A stretch of 64,000 nucleotides of DNA, taken from positions 1,280,001 through 1,344,000 of the forward strand of contig CAWDYW010000001.1 in assembly GCA_963806855.1 (NCBI GenBank), read 5' to 3'. The position numbers were made by a program, and so were the translations under genes. The notes under the pieces are model-generated. The model made no database searches, was not told where the DNA came from, and saw only the letters and a list, made by a program, of their open reading frames with translations. Source of the stretch: an uncultured Verrucomicrobiae bacterium (GTDB lineage: Bacteria; Chlamydiota; Chlamydiia; Chlamydiales; Rhabdochlamydiaceae). This document shows, one piece after another, positions 18,299 through 27,434 of the stretch; the first letter of the stretch is position 1, and every line of letters begins with the position of its first letter.

Positions 18299-19702
18299 TT
18301 ACATTTTTTTTTCCGATGAGGGAACTAAAATCTTAACTGGTTCAAGTATGTCCTCTAAAAGTAAAGTTGCGCAAATTGCTTTAAAGTAGTTATTCAGTTG
18401 GTCTTGGAACTCACAGCTAGGCTGATCAATAATAAAGGGAAGCAGCTGTATTACTTCTACGTGTTTTTTGCCTTTTGCATCTCGAAAAAGTCGTCCGATC
18501 ATCTGGATGACGTCAACAAAGGAAGCCCTTGGACCTACTATGATGCTTCTATCAGCCCAAATCCAATCCGCTCCCTCTTTAAACATCCCTAAAGCAATTA
18601 TAGTATCAAGAGCTTGGGGATTTTCTTTTAGGACATTCCCTCTGAATAAAGCTTTCTTTTCATCGCGACGATCAATATCCACTAAATCCAGAAGTTTAAA
18701 TTCTTGACCTGAGTTTTCTAGATGAATGAAGACGCTATCAGAATCAGAAATTCTATTGCCATGGACCTTCTCGTACTCACTAACAATACTCTCAACTTCA
18801 CGAGACTTATTCCCCAAGGAAATCCGCGATCTTCGGTGCGGAATGTAGACAATATCCTTACCTTTCCGCTCATTGGCAAGTATTCCAATTGCTTTAGTAT
18901 AATCATAACCGCAAAGTAAGAAATCAAAACTAAATGATTCCAGAAAGTTCATCGACTTAAGATAAACATCGTAAGGCAAATTGTATCGGCTAAATTGGCT
19001 CTCCATTTTTTCTGTAAGAAGGCTGTACCTATCACCGCGGAAGAACGTAGCCGTCGTCAAGCCTATTTGTATATTATCGTCTGCTCGGTGTAATAAATTA
19101 CCGACCATCTCCCCAATCGCATTGCTGATTGGAGGTCCTTCAATTCCTTCTATCTCTGCATTCTTTATGTGATGAGCTTCATCTACCCACAACAGGAGAT
19201 CTTTCATAAGATGAAGACGACCATCTTGTTTTAACTTTTTATATGCAATTACAAGTGCACGGTGAGTGCAAATCAATGTCTTGTCAGGGAGAGCCTCATA
19301 AGAAGCCAGTAGCCAGCTGATGATGTAGTCTGTCGTACTTTTCCCCGCCTTCCTATTACAGAGGTAATGTTTAGGATCCCAATGAACTTCTTCGCCATCT
19401 GCCAGAGTCAATCTTGCTTCAGCAAAACCAGGAGCAATAATTTCCTGGGGAACAGCAATAATGCATCGAAGAATTTTATCTTGTCTCATCTTAAAAGTTG
19501 ATAGAAGGCACATCATCCAGGATTTACCGCTGCCCATAGGAGCATTCATTATCATATAAGAAGCATCTTTCAACATTTCAAAAGCTTCCATCTGCCAAAC
19601 GCGCATAGTAAAGAACCCATCTTCTTTCTCAGTGGTTTCAATATCATTGCGCTGCCAGCTAATATTAAACATTTCCTGGTTTATATTATTTTTTTGGTTC
19701 AT
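18299..19702 (-). CDS. SF2 DEAD/DEAH helicase, YeeB-like (N-terminal half)
   Basis: APMGSGKS, VDEAHH, TATFFRGD, IALGMFKEGADW, QMIGRLFRD. Confidence 0.88.
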   Translation of the reverse strand: MNQKNNINQEMFNISWQRNDIETTEKEDGFFTMRVWQMEAFEMLKDASYMIMNAPMGSGKSWMMCLLSTFKMRQDKILRCIIAVPQEIIAPGFAEARLTLADGEEVHWDPKHYLCNRKAGKSTTDYIISWLLASYEALPDKTLICTHRALVIAYKKLKQDGRLHLMKDLLLWVDEAHHIKNAEIEGIEGPPISNAIGEMVGNLLHRADDNIQIGLTTATFFRGDRYSLLTEKMESQFSRYNLPYDVYLKSMNFLESFSFDFLLCGYDYTKAIGILANERKGKDIVYIPHRRSRISLGNKSREVESIVSEYEKVHGNRISDSDSVFIHLENSGQEFKLLDLVDIDRRDEKKALFRGNVLKENPQALDTIIALGMFKEGADWIWADRSIIVGPRASFVDVIQMIGRLFRDAKGKKHVEVIQLLPFIIDQPSCEFQDQLNNYFKAICATLLLEDILEPVKILVPSSEKKM

Positions 19703-19737
19703 GATTTTTATTCATCCTACGTTACAATTTTTCATTA

Positions 19738-20103
19738 TTAATTCTTCATATCAAGAATAAGGCAGATTAAAAAATACTTTGGTGCGATATATATCTTAAT
19801 CAATGTGTCTACGGAATAGCATAATTGTATAAAAAACAACAGAGATGCAATACATGGAATGAGAGTACATAAAATTGACCCGAATTCCCTGGAGCCGTAT
19901 TTATCTAAGACTGGGTGCTTCCAGAAATAATACCCGAGATAAATTGCTATGTTCAGCAACAAAATCATTAGGCCTGAGTTAAGATACGAGGATATTTTCT
20001 CGTATTTTAATGCTTGTTGGACAAGCTCTGGAACCTGTTCCAAAACAAAGTCTTCTGTATTTTGTAGATATTCTAAAAGTTTTTGCAATATTTGATCTTT
20101 CAT
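19738..20103 (-). CDS. small phage-type membrane protein
   Basis: two TM helices; FVLEQVPELVQQ and KIYIAPKYFLI patterns reminiscent of phage hypothetical membrane proteins; SD AAGGAG before MKDQ. Confidence 0.6.
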   Translation of the reverse strand: MKDQILQKLLEYLQNTEDFVLEQVPELVQQALKYEKISSYLNSGLMILLLNIAIYLGYYFWKHPVLDKYGSREFGSILCTLIPCIASLLFFIQLCYSVDTLIKIYIAPKYFLICLILDMKN

Positions 20104-20122
20104 CCTTATCTCCTTAATAAAT

Positions 20123-20338
20123 TTAATCATCAATAACCCAATCAGTTGCTAGAACATCTTCTATGGAAAATGAGCAATAATCAGAAACTTCATTTGCATT
20201 ACTTAGCCAATAAGACCCGAACTTTTCTTTCCAAGTCCTCGCTATAATAGTAACTATCTTCACACACCCCTTTCTTTCAGATTTTCTCCGAATCCTCTTT
20301 CCTTCTATTAGGACTTGGATAGCTTCATGAAATGTCAT
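20123..20338 (-). CDS. DUF2829/Tad2-like small protein
   Basis: MTFHEAIQVLIEGKRIRRK N-terminus and SIEDVLATDWVI C-terminus match the family's two conserved ends. Confidence 0.6.
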   Translation of the reverse strand: MTFHEAIQVLIEGKRIRRKSERKGCVKIVTIIARTWKEKFGSYWLSNANEVSDYCSFSIEDVLATDWVIDD

Positions 20339-20501
20339 GTTTTCTTTAAAAAAACTTTTCATATAAATAATCTCCAATACAGTATCTAAAACGACGGAAT
20401 CAATGAAATCATGTGATAATAAAATAAAAAAGCCCAATCTCAAAAAAGGGCATTGAAAAAAATGGGTATATTTTCTTTTTGATTAAACCAAGAAGAGATC
20501 C

Positions 20502-21308
20502 CTATTCTCGATGCTTATCGAGCCATTCACCAAACATGCTATTTGGGAAAACGTAGCCGAGAACATACTTACATTCTCCAAAATACATTAAGCATAAATT
20601 GTTATGAAAAAAGGGACTGGGAATGTACTCATCAACAACCATTTCCCACCACACATCAATAACTAACTTGACTCTAAGGATGTCTATGTGCAATTTATTG
20701 TTCATAATTTGGAATACTTTTGGGAGCGGTTTATTTTCTTTGTAATAATTATAAGTATCTCTACATTTGTGTGTGTCCCGCCAGCTTTTTATTTCATGAA
20801 ATGAGTAATATCCCTTTTTTTTCCTACCTTTAGTACGAACTTTTAAAGGAACGATCTCTCTTAGAAGTTGCTTAGGAAGATTTAACTTTTTTAATGCCCC
20901 TGATTGGAAATACCATGGATTAAGGTTTACCATAGCGGGATGACGGCATATATCTTCAATGCCAATTTTGTTTCCAGACAAAATGCATAAAGCCAAGCCG
21001 ACGGCTTGAACTCTTAAATGTTTTTCCTCTGTCTTAGAAATTGCCCCATCTCTTTCGTACTGAATTACGCCTACTTCATCTGTCAATTTAGTTAGTAATT
21101 TAGAATAATCAGGATTAATTTTTTCTTTTTTGCCTTCTTTGACAGAGGAGCTTGTTTTAATTTTTTCTTTAAGTTCCTCATTTTCGAAAAGAAGCCCATC
21201 ATTTTCATCCCTTAATTCTGAAATTATGCATTCCTGTTTGTGAATAATATCTAACAATCGGCCTTGATTTTGAGCTTGTTGATCTTCAAGAATTTGAGTG
21301 GTCTTCAT
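20502..21308 (-). CDS. hypothetical protein with N-terminal coiled coil
   Basis: 268-aa ORF in AT-rich DNA; no family recognised. Confidence 0.6.
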   Translation of the reverse strand: MKTTQILEDQQAQNQGRLLDIIHKQECIISELRDENDGLLFENEELKEKIKTSSSVKEGKKEKINPDYSKLLTKLTDEVGVIQYERDGAISKTEEKHLRVQAVGLALCILSGNKIGIEDICRHPAMVNLNPWYFQSGALKKLNLPKQLLREIVPLKVRTKGRKKKGYYSFHEIKSWRDTHKCRDTYNYYKENKPLPKVFQIMNNKLHIDILRVKLVIDVWWEMVVDEYIPSPFFHNNLCLMYFGECKYVLGYVFPNSMFGEWLDKHRE

Positions 21309-21582
21309 AACATTAGTTTAAATAGAGGTGGTTTAATTTAATAAAATGTTTATATTTTTTTAATATCTCATTTATTAATATAAGCTCATTTGTGTATTTT
21401 GAGCAATCATTTCGTGATTGGTAAAGCGCTATAGATAAGCATTAGAAAGATATGAATCAAGCGAGAAGATTGGGTAGGAATAATTTAGACTATCTCATCT
21501 TAACCCAAGTTGCTTCCTAAAAATTAAGAAAGGAAATCGTGAAGACGGTAATCAGCATCATGAGTTTAAGGATAAAGCCCTA

Positions 21583-21779
21583 GTGTGTCGCTGCATGAAT
21601 ACGCCTTGGGAGCTGCTAATTCCTTGCGTGATCGAGGAAGACCATAAGACGGCGTGTTACTTCATAACCGTCGCCCCTGTTTTAGGAACACATCAACCTA
21701 ACTGGCGACTATCTCTGGCATGGCGGTACCGAGGTCGGCGTCTTAGCATAAGATTTTTTACAAATTCTAGACGACCCAG
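21583..21779 (+). mobile_element. second, more decayed copy of the Tn3-derived miniature element
   Basis: shares the EHINLTGDYLW-coding segment and right IR; upstream part alignable but diverged (CTGCATG, AATTCCTTG, ATCGAGGA). Confidence 0.65.
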
Positions 21780-21867
21780 AAAGAATGCCACGCGGTAAGG
21801 CTCAATTTCGTGTGAATCGCTTCCTTCAGGACTTACAGACTATAATCCATTGGTTATTAGGAAGTTA
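21685..21867 (+). repeat. right copy of ~180-bp direct repeat
   Basis: near-identical to 14782-14964. Confidence 0.95.
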
Positions 21868-22036
21868 GAAAATATAAAAATAATGGGATGTGCGTCAGGT
21901 GTCAAGAAATACCGCCCTTCTTGAACATGTCATTAATTGTAAACTAAAATTTTAAATTACATAAATTTAATGCTTTTACCGTAATAAATTGTGTGGTATA
22001 ATAATTATATTAAACAAAATATTAATTAAATTAATT

Positions 22037-23443
22037 ATGCTTACAACGACCACACAAAGCTCCAGCCCGGCGACAGAAAGAATATTCGGTCCCTCGCACG
22101 AGGTCCTTAAAGAAACCTCGCGCCTGGGGTCGCTGATGGAATTCGACAGCATCCTCCGTAAACTCCCTGCCTACCTCTATAAGCGTCAGAAACTTCTGGA
22201 GCGCGCGGCTCAAGTATGGCAACAGGTATTAGATTCACCCACTGTCCCTTTAGACGACCTTAAAAGGAGATTAGTTCAGGAACTCGAACCTGACCGTAAG
22301 ATCATGAGTCCTTCTGCGAATCAATTTTTTACCGCAAAAATTCGTGCAGTCAACACCCCTGAGGAAATGCAAAAGCTTGCGCGAAGAGTTCTAAAAGACT
22401 GCACTTCTGCGATGGTCTCCCCTGTTAAAAAATCGGAGGCTGGACTGAACGGTCCCACACTTCTCGTCAGTTATCCTAAGAGCAACTTGAAAGCTGAGTT
22501 TTCCTTGATCGCCTATGTCCTCAAGTGCACAAATCTAGAAGAGGTCTGCGGCAACATGCTCTATACCTCCTTTCTCACTCACTTCGGCCAAAAATCTTTT
22601 AGTGAAATTTCGATCCCCAAACACAGCGGTTTTAATTTCGAACCCAACATGCATAAAACTGAAGATGGAAGATTAGTTCCTATGGATCCTCAGACTGCCA
22701 GTGCCTTGAAAACCTCACTACAGTCGGTCGCGAGCTCCTTAGATCCCGCGATCAAACTATACGGGAAAGAGCTCTTGGTGACCGAGCGGATCCAAGGAGA
22801 AAACCTATATGATTTCGCTAAATCCAAATATGCCGCCCTGGATGGCTCCCAAAGGAGAGAGCTTTTCTACAAATTAGGGAAACTCGTCCCCTTGGACATC
22901 CTCATAGGAAATAATGATCGTCTGCTCAAGTTAGATATCGACGGAGTGGATTTCCTTAATACTTTCCATGCCAACCTTGGAAATGTCATGCTCTCCCAAG
23001 AGACAGTGAATGGGAATCCTATCGTGCATGCTATTGACAATGGGTTGGAAGCAGGTTTAAGTTCAAATACGCAAACCCAAAAAAGATATTTAGAAATTAT
23101 CCAAACGATATTTAGCATGCCGGATTCCGAGCAAGCATTGGCAAAAAGCATGACGCGTAGTTTCAAAGACGCTTTAAAAAGTCAAGCGATTGAAGAGAAG
23201 GGAAATGCAGGCAAAGAAACCCTCGCTCAACTAGAGCCCCTATTTAAGGACCTTCAAACTATCGTCCAACCGGCTTTTGAGGCAGGAATTCAAGACGGTA
23301 TTGCCATGCTGAGGAAAGAACTGATCCCAGCCTGGAATAGCGACCGCTCAGCGGAATTAAAAAGACAATTAGCCATCCTGCATCCAACTTTGCTGAAGGC
23401 TGTGGATGAACGCCTAACCGCAATCACCAAGGAAACTGTATGA
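22037..23443 (+). CDS. atypical kinase (actin-fragmin kinase / PI3-4K-like fold), candidate effector
   Basis: LDILIGNNDRL, ANLGNVML, HAIDNG motifs; Thr/Ser-rich N-terminus MLTTTTQSSSP. Confidence 0.65.
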   Translation: MLTTTTQSSSPATERIFGPSHEVLKETSRLGSLMEFDSILRKLPAYLYKRQKLLERAAQVWQQVLDSPTVPLDDLKRRLVQELEPDRKIMSPSANQFFTAKIRAVNTPEEMQKLARRVLKDCTSAMVSPVKKSEAGLNGPTLLVSYPKSNLKAEFSLIAYVLKCTNLEEVCGNMLYTSFLTHFGQKSFSEISIPKHSGFNFEPNMHKTEDGRLVPMDPQTASALKTSLQSVASSLDPAIKLYGKELLVTERIQGENLYDFAKSKYAALDGSQRRELFYKLGKLVPLDILIGNNDRLLKLDIDGVDFLNTFHANLGNVMLSQETVNGNPIVHAIDNGLEAGLSSNTQTQKRYLEIIQTIFSMPDSEQALAKSMTRSFKDALKSQAIEEKGNAGKETLAQLEPLFKDLQTIVQPAFEAGIQDGIAMLRKELIPAWNSDRSAELKRQLAILHPTLLKAVDERLTAITKETV

Positions 23444-23871
23444 ATCATCTTTCTCCCGTAGGCGACCGATCGCCTGAACGCACCCTGATGGAAACGCCAG
23501 AAAGTCCAGCTGCTAACGCCGACACCCGAGCAATTATTACGTGGCTGATGCAGGTCCAATATCATGGAGGGATGGCAAGTCCGGAAAGCAGGGGTACCCT
23601 GCTAGCCTTAGCCCATGCTCTTCCCACCAATGCTGATACCCGCGATCCCGATCTGGCCTCTGTCGTAGCAGCCATCCGGTCTTTTGCTAACACAGCAATC
23701 TGCGATCCTTATTTATCGGACAAAGCTGGCAATGCCATTGACAGTTTGACTGAAAAACTGTCTTTGCCTGTAAGAGTCCTCTCGCCGAGTAAAAGAGTAG
23801 CTCCTGCAGCCAGCCGTTTATCCGGAAACCCAAGCGTTGCTAAAAGGCTCAACTTCAATGAAGTCGAATAA
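23440..23871 (+). CDS. orphan protein, paralog of 23946-24287, with SP/TP sites and a C-terminal KRLNF motif
   Basis: ATGA overlap with kinase gene; shared WLM..YH...AI..FA.T.I.DP.L..KA core. Confidence 0.7.
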   Translation: MNHLSPVGDRSPERTLMETPESPAANADTRAIITWLMQVQYHGGMASPESRGTLLALAHALPTNADTRDPDLASVVAAIRSFANTAICDPYLSDKAGNAIDSLTEKLSLPVRVLSPSKRVAPAASRLSGNPSVAKRLNFNEVE

Positions 23872-23945
23872 TACTATAAACTTTCCTTGTAGTATTTTCC
23901 AAACAGTTCCATAATACTGACTTTTCGATCACCGAGGGGAGTCTT

Positions 23946-24287
23946 TTGAGGACAACTATTTCTGCTGCCGACATTTCTAAGCTGCCGCCTGTCCATCCTA
24001 AAGAAGGCTACGACAAGCGCCCCGAGGTCACAACTAGAACAAACACTCAGCTCACATGCTGGCTCATGATGGTCTCCTACCACAGCCAAAGCGCGAGCGC
24101 AGAAAGTTTGGCATCCCTGCAAGAACTCGCCGACGCGATCCCTTCAGAAACGGGCGACTTTTTCGAGGTTCGCCAAGTCATCGATGCGATCCAGGCCTTC
24201 GCTAAAACCAAGATCTACGATCCCCTTCTTCCAGGAAAGGCTTCTGCAGCGCTCAGATTGGCAGTGGTCCTTAACAAAAATCCTTGA
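23946..24287 (+). CDS. orphan protein, paralog of 23440-23871
   Basis: TTG start with GAGGGG SD; shared helical core. Confidence 0.65.
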   Translation: MRTTISAADISKLPPVHPKEGYDKRPEVTTRTNTQLTCWLMMVSYHSQSASAESLASLQELADAIPSETGDFFEVRQVIDAIQAFAKTKIYDPLLPGKASAALRLAVVLNKNP

Positions 24288-24352
24288 GATAATTTCTAGC
24301 GTGAAAGCTCGCTGAACTCGACAACCGCAGGCTTCGCAAGTTGATCACCGAC

Positions 24353-24523
24353 ATATACTCCTTCCGTTTCAAGCGTACCCATTTCGGCTGATTCAAAGCC
24401 CCGGGGTTGAATTTATTTTGATTGGGCTAGTATTGAATTTAATACAAACCCAATCAAAATAATTCAACCGCGGGAGCTTTCAATTCAGCCCAAATGGGTA
24501 CGATTGAACCGGAAGGAGTATAT
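24353..24523. repeat. 171-bp palindromic MITE-like element
   Basis: ATATACTCCTTCCG...CGGAAGGAGTATAT long imperfect hairpin with central GGGCTAGTATTGAATTTAATACAAACCC. Confidence 0.9.
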
Positions 24524-24600
24524 ATTTGAAGAATCTGGAGCTGGCGAGTAACCCAAAACAGGCACTTGAATATTTTCCATGGATTGTTTAAGAACAAATC

Positions 24601-25365
24601 ATGCAACAGCCTGAAGACCAAGAGTTGGAACAACCGCTTGTTCTTATTAAACCCGCCCATTGGGCAACTCTATGGTGTTTTGTCGCCATTCTCCTAGCTA
24701 TGCTGGCTGCCGCTTCCTGGGGCTCAATCCCGATTCGAGTCGGAGGGGAAGGTCTTTTTTTTAACCCCACTGAGATTTTTAGTGTAACTGCGCCTGAAGA
24801 AGCGACTGTTCGCCGTATTGATGTACACTTGGGAATGGAGGTCAAAAAAGGAGATGTGGTCATCGAGCTAGAACCACACCGTGACATTTCTGTGGAAGAG
24901 GAAGGTGTTGTTTTTGCAATCGAAGTGCTCGGAGGATCTAAAGTCGGCATAGGTCAGCCGTTAATCTGGTTCCAAACGAAGACTGGTGAAAGAATGCAAA
25001 TGAGCGGTTTGATCGCGAAGAAAGAAGCCTCCGAGAGGGTGAAGATCGGTATGCCCGTTGAAATTTCCGTTGGCAGTGCTAATCCTGTCGAATATGGCAG
25101 ATTGATGGGGAAAGTATCGGCCCTCATCCCCTTTTGGAGCTTACGTGGCAAGGATCTTTTCCCAACGAAGCACTTAAGCTTACCCGCAGGTCCTGAACAG
25201 TTCACCCATCTGATCGTCGTTGACTTGATTCCCAATCCCGATGTGCCTAGCGGGCTTCAATGGACTTCGGGTAATGGGCCTCCTTTTCCTATAAAATTGG
25301 GTACGCCTTGTACTTTTACGGTGATCATTGAAGAGAAAAAACCTATTTCCTATCTAATCCCATGA
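24601..25365 (+). CDS. NHLP bacteriocin-system secretion adaptor (HlyD/MFP-like), shortened
   Basis: N-terminal TM then WGSIPIRVGGEG, lipoyl-like halves, EYGRLMGKV, SGLQWTSGNGPP, EEKKPISYLIP. Confidence 0.88.
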   Translation: MQQPEDQELEQPLVLIKPAHWATLWCFVAILLAMLAAASWGSIPIRVGGEGLFFNPTEIFSVTAPEEATVRRIDVHLGMEVKKGDVVIELEPHRDISVEEEGVVFAIEVLGGSKVGIGQPLIWFQTKTGERMQMSGLIAKKEASERVKIGMPVEISVGSANPVEYGRLMGKVSALIPFWSLRGKDLFPTKHLSLPAGPEQFTHLIVVDLIPNPDVPSGLQWTSGNGPPFPIKLGTPCTFTVIIEEKKPISYLIP

Positions 25366-27434
25366 GATTGAAGTCACGCTATTGGCGCGTTCACACCCCC
25401 CTGAAGATGCAAATGCAGGCAATTGAGTGCGGGGCGGCCGCGCTTGGGATTATTCTTGGCTATTATGGCAAGTATTTATCACTCTCCGAGCTCGGGTATC
25501 GGTGCAGCATCTCTCGGGATGGAAGCAACAGCTACGATATCATCAAAGCAGCAGCTTTCTACGGCTTGGAAGGCGAGGGTTATCAAATGGATATTGAGGA
25601 ACTCGAAAAGCTGCGATCTCCTGCTATCTTATTTTGGGATTCTACCCATTTTCTTGTATTGGAGGGGGTTTCCGAAAAAGAGGTTTATCTCAATGATCCT
25701 GCTTATGGGCCGATTGCGATTTCAAGAGAGGAATTCAAAAATCACTATAGCGGAGTTGCACTGGTATTTAAAAAAGGAGCCTCCTTTAAAAAATCGGAGG
25801 TCTGGCCTGGCCTTTGGCAGAAACTGAAAGAAGGTTGGAAAGGATACAAATCCACTTACATCTTCTTCTTTCTCAGCGGAATTCTCATCCTCTTGCCTAC
25901 ACTTGCAGTCCCGATCGTTTTTCGCATCTTTATTGATCATCACGACTCGAATATGCAGGGCTGGAAGTTCGAGTGGCTTGGAATTCTCTTTTTTTCTACG
26001 GTCTTTGCCCTTTTCTTTAATGCTTTTCATCTCTCCCTCTTAAAAAAGACCGCCTCTAAAATTTCCGTCGCACTCTCTTCCAAGCTTCTTTGGAAATTGC
26101 TACATCTACCTCTCTCCTTTTATCAGCAGCGAGATCCTCGAGAAATCGCCAACCGAATTGAGTTGAGCGGGCACTTCACCCATGTAATCGTGAAGGAGGT
26201 GATTCCAGCAACCATTCAACTTTTTCTCTCACTGTCCTACGCAGCGCTCATGTTCACCTATAGTGGACTCGTAGCCTCGGTTACTCTTTTTGGCGCAATT
26301 ATCTGTTTAGGGATCATGGCTGCGGTCTATCGTGCTGAGCGCCCACTCTATGCAGTGGCCAATAAAGATGCGGAGCTGAGTGAGATGGCCGGCTTAACCG
26401 GTCTGAGTACCATCGAATGGATCAAGGCGGCGGGAGCTGAATCCTATTTTTTCAGAAAATGGGCAGGTCTTTATACCCGTTTTCTTAATGGAACCCAGCG
26501 CACAGGCAAGAAAGAGACATGGCTCAGCGTCTTTCCATTTTTCATTCAATTGCTTTCTTCTGCGCTTCTTCTGGGTGCCGGAGGACAGCAAGTGATATCT
26601 GGAAATATGACATTGGGGATGCTAGTGGCCCTGCAAATTTTGCTTATGCTCTTTTTAGCCCCTTTTAAGAACTTTATTCAAACTTGCCAAGACCTGAGCC
26701 ACATCGAGCGGAATATGGACCGGATTGACGATGTGAATCAATCCGATCTCGATTTTTCCTTTCAGGATAGTTCAATACAGAAAAAGAACTTAGATGGACT
26801 CTCTGGTGCCTTGGAGTTTAAAAATGTAACGTTTGGATATTATCCATTTGCCCCGCCCTATCTCGAGAATATTTCATTCGAGCTAAAACAAGGAAAATGG
26901 CTCGGCATCACGGGTCTCATCAGCTCGGGCAAATCTACGCTGGGAAAATTGGCAAGCGCACTCCTTTATCCTCGGCAGGGAGAGATTCTGTACGATGGAT
27001 TGAAGTGGAATGAGATAGATCCCGTCGATTTACGCAAATCAGTTGGCTGGGTCGGTCAAGAGAGCTTTATCTTTGCAGGAACTTTTCGTGAGAATATTAC
27101 TTTTTGGAATTCAGATATTCAAGAAGACGAGTTGTTTAAAGCCTGTGAAGGAGCGGGTCTAGAAATAAAATATGACGACTGGATTGCCGAAGATGGGAAA
27201 AATCTCAGTTACAGTGAAAGGCAGCAAATAGAGATCGCCCGCGCATTGTTAAGGAAGCCCTCTCTTCTCATTATCGATGAGGGGATGAACGCACTCGAGC
27301 CCACTTTGCAGAAGAAAATTTTGGATTCTCTCCGCCGCTTAAATTTCACGTGCCTTTTCATCACGTATCAAAGCTCCATCCTTCTAGAGTGTGACGAGAT
27401 TCTCGTCTTGGAAAAAGGAAAAATAACAAAATGA
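25362..27434 (+). CDS. NHLP-type ABC exporter with N-terminal C39 peptidase (PCAT)
   Basis: QMQAIECGAAALGIILGYYG (catalytic Cys), FWDSTHF (His), YLNDPAYG; TM domain; Walker A GLISSGKST. Confidence 0.93.
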   Translation: MRLKSRYWRVHTPLKMQMQAIECGAAALGIILGYYGKYLSLSELGYRCSISRDGSNSYDIIKAAAFYGLEGEGYQMDIEELEKLRSPAILFWDSTHFLVLEGVSEKEVYLNDPAYGPIAISREEFKNHYSGVALVFKKGASFKKSEVWPGLWQKLKEGWKGYKSTYIFFFLSGILILLPTLAVPIVFRIFIDHHDSNMQGWKFEWLGILFFSTVFALFFNAFHLSLLKKTASKISVALSSKLLWKLLHLPLSFYQQRDPREIANRIELSGHFTHVIVKEVIPATIQLFLSLSYAALMFTYSGLVASVTLFGAIICLGIMAAVYRAERPLYAVANKDAELSEMAGLTGLSTIEWIKAAGAESYFFRKWAGLYTRFLNGTQRTGKKETWLSVFPFFIQLLSSALLLGAGGQQVISGNMTLGMLVALQILLMLFLAPFKNFIQTCQDLSHIERNMDRIDDVNQSDLDFSFQDSSIQKKNLDGLSGALEFKNVTFGYYPFAPPYLENISFELKQGKWLGITGLISSGKSTLGKLASALLYPRQGEILYDGLKWNEIDPVDLRKSVGWVGQESFIFAGTFRENITFWNSDIQEDELFKACEGAGLEIKYDDWIAEDGKNLSYSERQQIEIARALLRKPSLLIIDEGMNALEPTLQKKILDSLRRLNFTCLFITYQSSILLECDEILVLEKGKITK

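Larger units (their letters stand above)
14965..21684. mobile_element. AT-rich genomic island with phage/defence-type cargo, no integrase seen
   Basis: bounded by direct repeats; visibly more AT-rich than the flanking opp genes; cargo content. Confidence 0.75.
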
